Shown here: piece by piece, positions 57,865 through 64,000 of the stretch | How positions within the stretch are numbered: position 1 is the stretch's first letter | How the letters are laid out: every line of letters starts with the position of its first letter | Made by a program: the position numbers and the translations under genes | Source of the DNA: Thermoplasmatales archaeon SW_10_69_26 | GTDB lineage: Archaea > Thermoplasmatota > SW-10-69-26 | Reading direction: 5' to 3' | Length of the DNA stretch: 64,000 nucleotides | Assembly: GCA_003009755.1 (NCBI GenBank) | Contig: PXUB01000042.1 | Coordinates: forward strand, 730 to 64,729 | The notes under the pieces: generated by a model | Told to the model about the DNA's origin: nothing | The model's database searches: none | What the model saw: the letters and a program-made list of their open reading frames with translations, nothing else

Positions 57865-58083
57865 TTAGAAGCCTCCGCCGCCACCGCTGTCGGTGCGGGT
57901 GAGGTCGGTGGCGCGGAGACCGCGCTCTCCCTCTTCGATCTCGAACTCGAACTCTTCGCCCTCTTGGGGCTCAGGGCCGTCGATGTCGTCCATGTGGAAG
58001 AAGACGTCGTCGTCGGCCTCGGGGGTTTCGATGAAACCGTACCCCTTCCTATCGTGGAAGAAGGCTACCTTACCGCTAGCCAT
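57865..58083 (-). CDS. csp: Cold-shock domain protein
   Basis: KGYGFI and DVFFH motifs. Confidence 0.92.
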   Translation of the reverse strand: MASGKVAFFHDRKGYGFIETPEADDDVFFHMDDIDGPEPQEGEEFEFEIEEGERGLRATDLTRTDSGGGGGF

Positions 58084-58147
58084 CAAACCCATTCAAGAAC
58101 GCCTATTTGATAAGCTTTTCCCTCCTGGTCGGGGGGCCTCGGCGGTT

Positions 58148-58585
58148 TCAGGCCCGTTCGAGCGCCGAATCGACGTCCTCACGCCGAACCTCCAGCGTCG
58201 CTTCGACGCGACCGTCCCGGACGAGGACGGGGACCTCCTGCAACCATCGATCCCGCAGGCGCTCGTCCTCGGTCACGTCGACCTCCCACAAGGCGAAGCC
58301 GAGCTCGGCCTGGGCATCGCGCAGGATCGCCCGAGCCTCGTCGCAGTGCGCGCACTCGTCGCGCACGACGAGCAGCAACGTCTCCCGACCGGGATCCTCC
58401 TCCACTCGCAGACTGAACGCCAGAGCCGTCAACAGACCCCCAGCGAGGATCAGGCCGGCGCCCAGCCGCCGCGATCCCCGGGCCAGGCGCTCGAGGCCCA
58501 GCCCGAGGACGGCGGTGGCGATCGCCAGCAGGACGCCCGTCGCCTCCGTGAACCGGCGAGCGGGCAGCTCGAACATCGGCCTCAC
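58148..58585 (-). CDS. Membrane-anchored glutaredoxin-like protein
   Basis: Two TM helices, then CAHCDEA...VDV...EVPVL. Confidence 0.75.
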   Translation of the reverse strand: MRPMFELPARRFTEATGVLLAIATAVLGLGLERLARGSRRLGAGLILAGGLLTALAFSLRVEEDPGRETLLLVVRDECAHCDEARAILRDAQAELGFALWEVDVTEDERLRDRWLQEVPVLVRDGRVEATLEVRREDVDSALERA

Positions 58586-59403
58586 CGCACGCGGTAGTAG
58601 TTGCGGTTCAGCTTGAAGACACGGTCGCCCTCGTCCATCATGCGCTCACGCCACGTCTTGATGCCGACGTACGTGAGCACCGCCAAGGTCAGCGGTAACA
58701 GCACCGTCATCCAGCTCAAAAGATCCCACTGCAAGAACTGGAAGAAGGGACCGATCAGGTCCTGGCCGAACTTGGTGGCCGTGACGGGCCAGCGGTTGTA
58801 GATCACGTTGTTGATCGAGTAGACGCTGGCCATCGTCAGGACGCCGAGCGCGAACACGCCCACGGAGGTCGTGAACGGCTGCTCCTGTGGGCGTTGGGCC
58901 TTCCCCCGATCCAGGAACGGGATCAGGAACAGCGGGATCAGCAACGGTGTGTGGAGCCCGATCAGACCCATCAGCTTGGCGTTCATCGGCCCGATGATCG
59001 GGAGCTGCACGATGGCGGTGCTGGGGCCCATGTCCCAGGGGGTCCACCACTGGCGGTCCCAGACGTGCCACCACTCGCCGACCCAGGCGCCCTCGGGGCC
59101 GTTCAACAGCTGGAAGTCGTTGCCCAGCTTGAGGAGCCCGTAGGACCACAGGAGGTACCAGTCCGGCAGGATGACCTCGGGTTGGCCGGCCGGATTGGCC
59201 GGTCCCTCGAGGAAGTAGGGCATGAACGCGGCCAGGTACAGCAGGGCCGCGGTGAAGAAGCAGACGATGACGATGTTGCGCACCATCTCGTGGGGCCAGA
59301 AGGGGAAGCCCTCGACCGGGCGCAGGGATTTCTCATCCCGGCGCTGGTTGTCCATGCGTTCGGCCTCCTCCACGTACTCCTGGGTGAGGGCCTTCAGGCT
59401 CAC
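58582..59403 (-). CDS. petD: Cytochrome b C-terminal subunit (subunit IV-like)
   Basis: PFWPHE, PANP, ILPDWY (PEWY-like), PFLDR. Confidence 0.88.
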   Translation of the reverse strand: MSLKALTQEYVEEAERMDNQRRDEKSLRPVEGFPFWPHEMVRNIVIVCFFTAALLYLAAFMPYFLEGPANPAGQPEVILPDWYLLWSYGLLKLGNDFQLLNGPEGAWVGEWWHVWDRQWWTPWDMGPSTAIVQLPIIGPMNAKLMGLIGLHTPLLIPLFLIPFLDRGKAQRPQEQPFTTSVGVFALGVLTMASVYSINNVIYNRWPVTATKFGQDLIGPFFQFLQWDLLSWMTVLLPLTLAVLTYVGIKTWRERMMDEGDRVFKLNRNYYRVR

Positions 59404-59466
59404 TGCGGACCCCTCCCCGTCGTCGGATGCCGTGTGAACGGTGTGGGCGTGGTCATCGTCGTCTCC

Positions 59467-60270
59467 TCAGTGCGGCTCCGCGATGCCTTGCCACCAGACG
59501 ATGGCGACGTGAGCGATCGAGGCGCCGAACGTCAAAAGCGGTAGCAGGATGACGTGCAAGACGTACATCCGCGTCACGGTCTCCTGTCCGAGCTCGACGC
59601 CCCCGAACAGCAGCCCGGCCAGCCACTTGCCGAGGATCGGTGTCGACAACGACATCTCCAACCCGATCCGGCCGGCCCAGAACGACAGCTGGCTCCAGGG
59701 CAGGATGTAGCCGGTGTAACCGAGCCCGAGCGTGAGCAGGAACAGGACGACGCCGAGCAGCCAGTTCAGCTCGCGCGGTTTCTTGTACGCCTGCGTGAAG
59801 TAGACGCGGGCCATGTGCAGCACGACCGCGGACACCATGACCATCGCGCTCCAGAAGTGGACGGCGCGGATCATGAAGCCCAGCGGCATCTCGGTCATGA
59901 TCAAGGCGACCGACTGCCAGGCTTGCGTCGCCTCGCCGACGCCCTCCATCATGACCGAGGACGTCGACGGGATGTAGTAGAACGTGAGCAGGATGCCGGA
60001 GATCGTGGCGAAGATGAACGCCAGGAACACGATCGAGCCCAGCGCGTACAGCGGGTACCAGTACCAGATGACGCGCAGGTTGTACTTCTCCGTGTGCGTG
60101 CGCGGGAGCTCGAAGTTCAGCTGATGGTAGAAGTGCTGGATGCTGTCCGCGTAGTTGCGGATGCGGTAGCGCTCGTCGAGCCAGGCGAAGGCCGCCAGCA
60201 GGAGCTTGGCGATTGGGCCGGGCTCGGTGAAGTCGTCGTCACGGCGAGCTTCGACGCCGTCCGGACTCAA
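59467..60270 (-). CDS. petB: Cytochrome b6-like N-terminal subunit
   Basis: SGILLTFYY, IRAVHFWSA, LHMARVY, PRELNW, GYILPW, LHV. Confidence 0.93.
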   Translation of the reverse strand: MSPDGVEARRDDDFTEPGPIAKLLLAAFAWLDERYRIRNYADSIQHFYHQLNFELPRTHTEKYNLRVIWYWYPLYALGSIVFLAFIFATISGILLTFYYIPSTSSVMMEGVGEATQAWQSVALIMTEMPLGFMIRAVHFWSAMVMVSAVVLHMARVYFTQAYKKPRELNWLLGVVLFLLTLGLGYTGYILPWSQLSFWAGRIGLEMSLSTPILGKWLAGLLFGGVELGQETVTRMYVLHVILLPLLTFGASIAHVAIVWWQGIAEPH

Positions 60271-60272
60271 GG

Positions 60273-61142
60273 CTAGTGCCCACCTCCGCCCTCGCCGCCT
60301 CCGCCCCCGCCGCCGCCACCGGGACCGGCGTCGGGGTACTCGAAGATCGTGCGGTTGTACGTCTCGATCTGGAACGGATCGTAGCGGGACAGGTGGCAGG
60401 TGCAGAAGATCGTGTCGCCGTAACCGGACGAGATCGCCAGCTCGGCGGTGTGGAAGTCCGGCACGCAGCAGAAGTGCGTGCAGAACGAGCAGCAGGCCAT
60501 GAAGATGTCATCCGGGTCGTCCGGATGCTCGGGGAACCAGCCCTCGCGGATCTCGTCCGCGATCGGCGTGGGGACCGTCGACATGAACCCCAGCTCCTCC
60601 TTCGGGGCTCGAACGATGATGCCGCTGATCTTGCTCTCGGGCTCGACGCCCTCCGAGCGCCATCGGAACGCGGCGCCCGATCCGGGGTAGCCCTCCCACT
60701 GCTCGTCGGGCGTGTCCTTCGGGAAGTCGCTGTAGTGGACCTCCTCGTCGATGTGCTCGGTGAACCAGGCGTCGAAGCCCTTGGCGACCTTCTCCTCGCT
60801 GACGTCGTAGCGGAGGACGTTGTCGGACTCGAAGCCCTGGAACGTCCCGGGCGCGCGCTCGTGAGAGCAATACTTGTACCACTTGAGCTGGTCCTCGGCG
60901 GCGTCGGGCCGGCCGCGGAGGATCCCGTCGTCGGTGATCTCCAGCGGGATCAACGGCAGGCCGTAGGGCGCCGGCGAGCCGGGGAGGACGCGCATGCCAG
61001 GGTACGAGATGTTGACGATCTCGACGCCGACGTCGGACACGGGTTGCAGCATGCCGAACCCGGCGGCGGTCACGGCACCGCCTGCCCCGACACCGGCACA
61101 GGCTTTCACGAAGCTCCTCCGATCGAATCCGTCTCCTGGCAT
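60273..61142 (-). CDS. petC: Rieske [2Fe-2S] protein (Tat signal)
   Basis: DRRSFVK Tat motif; CTHFCC and CTCH boxes. Confidence 0.9.
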   Translation of the reverse strand: MPGDGFDRRSFVKACAGVGAGGAVTAAGFGMLQPVSDVGVEIVNISYPGMRVLPGSPAPYGLPLIPLEITDDGILRGRPDAAEDQLKWYKYCSHERAPGTFQGFESDNVLRYDVSEEKVAKGFDAWFTEHIDEEVHYSDFPKDTPDEQWEGYPGSGAAFRWRSEGVEPESKISGIIVRAPKEELGFMSTVPTPIADEIREGWFPEHPDDPDDIFMACCSFCTHFCCVPDFHTAELAISSGYGDTIFCTCHLSRYDPFQIETYNRTIFEYPDAGPGGGGGGGGGEGGGGH

Positions 61143-61147
61143 GGTTC

Positions 61148-61435
61148 TCACAGCAGGTCTTCCCACTTCTCCTTCCGCTGCTTCACGACGATGATGTCGT
61201 CGAGGTAGAAGCGGCGGTAGAGGGCGAGGATGACGCCCAGCACGAGGAACGCGCTAGCGAGCCAGAACGTGAGGATCTGTTGAGCGTTGGGCGAGTTCCA
61301 GCCGAGCACGACGCCGGCCGAGAACAGGCCCACGAACGCGAGCTCCACGATCGTCAGCAACACGATGGCGACAGCCACGCCAAGCGGGGCCTCGGCCGGT
61401 TCGTGTCGGACGACGTCGCCGGGCTCTCTCGCCAC
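61148..61435 (-). CDS. Small 2-TM subunit in the bc-complex operon
   Basis: 95 aa, two TM helices, tightly packed in the operon. Confidence 0.7.
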   Translation of the reverse strand: MAREPGDVVRHEPAEAPLGVAVAIVLLTIVELAFVGLFSAGVVLGWNSPNAQQILTFWLASAFLVLGVILALYRRFYLDDIIVVKQRKEKWEDLL

Positions 61436-61444
61436 TCGAACACC

Positions 61445-62224
61445 TCACAAGATCAGGTAGATGCCGAGCCCGATCAGAGCCACCGCGATCAGGACTTGCG
61501 CCACGCGGCCGGGCGAGGGCAGGATGGGCTCCACCATCTCGCGCTCGTCGCCTTCCGCGGCGCCTGCGGCCACCGTGATCGTCTCGGGGCCACCGGCGCG
61601 ATGATCGGTCACGTTCTTGGACTCGCCGTAGCGGAGGAAGAAGAACGTGGCGAACAGGACGATGAAGATGATGACGAAGGAGATGACACCGACCCAGTAG
61701 GCGAGGTAGTCGACACCGAAGTCCTCGATGCCGCCCTCCTCGCCGCCACCGGTCGCGCCGACGGCGAGCGTGCCCTCCATGCCTTGGGACTGGTGACCGG
61801 GAACCGAGCAGATGTAGCCGACCTCGCCCTCGTAATCCTCGCCGAACGTGACGGTGAGGTTGTACTCCTCACCGGGGTCGAGCAGCGGCGTCTTGACCGC
61901 CTCGCCGTTGCCGTCTTCGCGCTGCCGGACGTCCTCCTCGGCGTGTTCGAAGTCTTGGCTGAGGAACGCGAAGTCGTGGGCGACCCCCCCGACGTTGACG
62001 ACGTGGAAGGTCACCTCGGTGTTGGGGCCGACCGTCATCTCTTCGGGATGGGTCGCGAACGGATCGTCCTGGCCCGGACCCAAGCGAACCTCGATCGTGG
62101 CTTCCGTGGGGCCGGTGAGCTCGTCCTCGGCGGCGTCGCCCTCCTGAGCGGCGACGAGGCCGGAGGCCAACGCGAAACCCGCGATCACGGCGACCAGGAG
62201 GGCGCATCGGGCTCGGGTTCCCAT
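61445..62224 (-). CDS. Membrane-anchored blue copper protein (cupredoxin)
   Basis: Signal peptide; AHDF...YICSVPGH...GM type-1 Cu ligands; two C-terminal TM helices. Confidence 0.88.
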   Translation of the reverse strand: MGTRARCALLVAVIAGFALASGLVAAQEGDAAEDELTGPTEATIEVRLGPGQDDPFATHPEEMTVGPNTEVTFHVVNVGGVAHDFAFLSQDFEHAEEDVRQREDGNGEAVKTPLLDPGEEYNLTVTFGEDYEGEVGYICSVPGHQSQGMEGTLAVGATGGGEEGGIEDFGVDYLAYWVGVISFVIIFIVLFATFFFLRYGESKNVTDHRAGGPETITVAAGAAEGDEREMVEPILPSPGRVAQVLIAVALIGLGIYLIL

Positions 62225-62279
62225 GATGACGTCTCGCCGAAGCGAGTCGACCTATTAGACTTTTGCTTAGCCGACCCCC

Positions 62280-62447
62280 GGCTGTCTGGTTAAGCAGGGG
62301 CCGCGAAGGACACGAAGGATCGCCATGGCCACGAAGGGCCTGTGACTCGCCGCCGGGCGGCGTTGTCACGGCAGCTGCTCTCCTTTGTGCCCTAGCGTCC
62401 CTTCGCGTGCTTGGTGGTCCCCCCGTTTGTTATCCTTACAGCGCGAG
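62280..62447 (-). repeat. ~170-bp dispersed palindromic element, copy 2
   Basis: The reverse complement aligns end to end with 16105-16273. Confidence 0.9.
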
Positions 62448-62582
62448 CCGACCCCACCCTCGGGAGGGTCTCCCTGTGCCGGATCGCCAACCCGTTCCGG
62501 CGACGCCGCGGGGGCTGTGGCTCCCCGTGACCCCGAAAACCTAAAGACCTCATCTGCGGGTCGTGCATGTGGAGGCGAGCCA

Positions 62583-63785
62583 GTGAACCGAACCTCGACC
62601 GCGATCCTCGTCGCCGTCGCGATGCTTTCGATGTCTGTTCCCGGGCAGGTGTCCGCGCACGAGAGCACGGCGGCGGACCTCAACGAGCTTGCTTACGACA
62701 ACGTCTGGCAGATCCTCGGTCCCGGAGGAGAGACCGACGATCCGACCGTCAACGAAGGCCTCAGCACGCTGGGGCTCGACGCCGAGGAGCGCGGCGGCGA
62801 GGCTCCCGACGACAACGAAGCCAGCTGCACGCACCACGACGACGGGATCATCGACGGTCAGGCTCCCGGCGACAACGTCTGCACCGACGACGACGGCGAC
62901 AGCGAACCGGACGACGACGTCCAGAACCTGAAGTTCTTCCAGTGCCAGGGAGCGAAGAGCTTCGCCAACCCCACCGAGCAAGCCGATCTCGAGTTCGAGG
63001 CTCCCTTCCCGGTGAACCACAACGACCTCGAGAACGGCATCTTCGAGGCGACCGGCAGCTTCTTCGTCCCCGTCGGGTTCAGTGGCGAGAACGCGAGCGA
63101 TGTCTCTGAGGTCCACTTCGGCTTCGCGCACACGTTCGCCTGGCCCGCCTCCTCCTCGCTGTGCCAGCCCCCGTTCCCGCTGTCCGGCGCCTACTACGAG
63201 TTCTACCGCGGCGACACGACGCCCGAGGACGGGTTCGAGATCCCGGTCAACACGCTGCTCGTCCCCGACGCCCCCTACGGCGCCGTGCTCCGCGCCCTCG
63301 ACGAGACCGGCAACACGCTCGGCGTGGCCTTCGTCTACGCGAACGTCAACAACTACCTCAACGACGCCAACTTCCGGCCGAACACGCCGAGCACATGCGA
63401 TAGCGATAACCCCGGCAACGCCGGCACCGACCTGTGCCCCTACCACGACACGACGCCGCCGCGCGCGACCGTCTACAAGTCCTTCGAGATGCCCGACGAC
63501 GTCTTCCCGCGCGGTGAGAACGCGGACGACGAATGCACCGAAGGTGTCGCCCTCGAGTACGGCGAGCCGGTGGAGACGTTCGAGGTGACCCGACCCAACG
63601 GGAACTCGGTCAGCTTCGACACCTACGACCCCGCCAACCGCGACGTCGACTCGACGCCCCTGGTGACCACGGCGAGAGACGACTGGGGTCCCGGCTTGTG
63701 CATCCTGAGCCCGCCCGGCGAGTTCACCGTGAAGGCGTGGGACCAGTCCGGCAACATCGGGGCGCAAACGATCATCACGACGTAG
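62583..63785 (+). CDS. Secreted acidic Cys-containing protein
   Basis: Signal peptide from GTG 62583; D-rich segments; DTTPP...VKAWDQSGN Ig-like end. Confidence 0.75.
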   Translation: MNRTSTAILVAVAMLSMSVPGQVSAHESTAADLNELAYDNVWQILGPGGETDDPTVNEGLSTLGLDAEERGGEAPDDNEASCTHHDDGIIDGQAPGDNVCTDDDGDSEPDDDVQNLKFFQCQGAKSFANPTEQADLEFEAPFPVNHNDLENGIFEATGSFFVPVGFSGENASDVSEVHFGFAHTFAWPASSSLCQPPFPLSGAYYEFYRGDTTPEDGFEIPVNTLLVPDAPYGAVLRALDETGNTLGVAFVYANVNNYLNDANFRPNTPSTCDSDNPGNAGTDLCPYHDTTPPRATVYKSFEMPDDVFPRGENADDECTEGVALEYGEPVETFEVTRPNGNSVSFDTYDPANRDVDSTPLVTTARDDWGPGLCILSPPGEFTVKAWDQSGNIGAQTIITT

Positions 63786-63962
63786 TCCCGAGGCCACCAC
63801 CATGGCCGCGCTCCGCGCGGCCTCCCCTCCCGTCTCTTCTCTGCTGTCTTCCACCGCCCAGCGGAGCTATGCCACCCTGCACGTTCTGTGCCCCAGGTCC
63901 GTTGTCCCCCATCACTCAAGTAGGACGAGACGCCTCGGTAGACCGAGGCAAGGAGGCAGTCG

Positions 63963-64000
63963 ATGAGTCGCAAAGCTATCGCTATCCTCGTCGCCGTCGC
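63963..64000 (+). CDS. N-terminus of a secreted protein (truncated by the window)
   Basis: MSRKAIAILVAV preceded by AGGAGG. Confidence 0.5.
   Translation, partial: MSRKAIAILVAV

Noticed and set aside
97-63854. Many long antisense or alternate-frame ORFs (e.g. 97-1962+, 5582-7996+, 41641-44112+, 45576-48497+, 51728-54280+)
   Set aside because: They are shadow ORFs typical of very high GC DNA, overlap genes with clear motifs, and are Arg/Pro/Gly-rich without domains.

Overview
High-GC archaeal chromosome segment with an acidic proteome. It carries topoisomerase VI A/B, a thermosome subunit, Hjc, oapABC and PGF-CTERM-like sorting signals; a halophilic Thermoplasmatota-like host is inferred, not proven. 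Content: the right end of an IS481-type element, housekeeping genes (thiL, lplA, nth, a bacterial-type topA, mutY, pdxT), and a C50-carotenoid cluster (crtB; crtD/crtI-lyeJ-cruF) next to a B12-binding CarH-like regulator with 11-bp operator-like repeats. Also present are tRNA-Val(TAC), tRNA-Gln(TTG), a SatD + membrane-protein pair with four palindromic operators, a CysM-JAB-(Ubl-E1-rhodanese) sulfur-relay operon, a lone PaaA-like diiron protein, four tandem csp copies, a Rieske/cytochrome b/cupredoxin operon and many secreted proteins. The most unusual signal is non-coding. At three unrelated loci (tRNA-Val, tRNA-Gln, thermosome 3' end) gene fragments are tandemly re-copied, and each copy has the same layout: an inverted copy of the target, two hairpins with fully co-varying stems, then a direct copy of the target. 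No enzyme for this is encoded in the window. A separate ~170-bp palindromic element occurs twice plus once as a stub, always about 55-60 bp upstream of a start codon. Several genes show frameshifts or deletions that may be assembly errors. All calls come from reading the sequence and ORF track by eye; no database searches were run.
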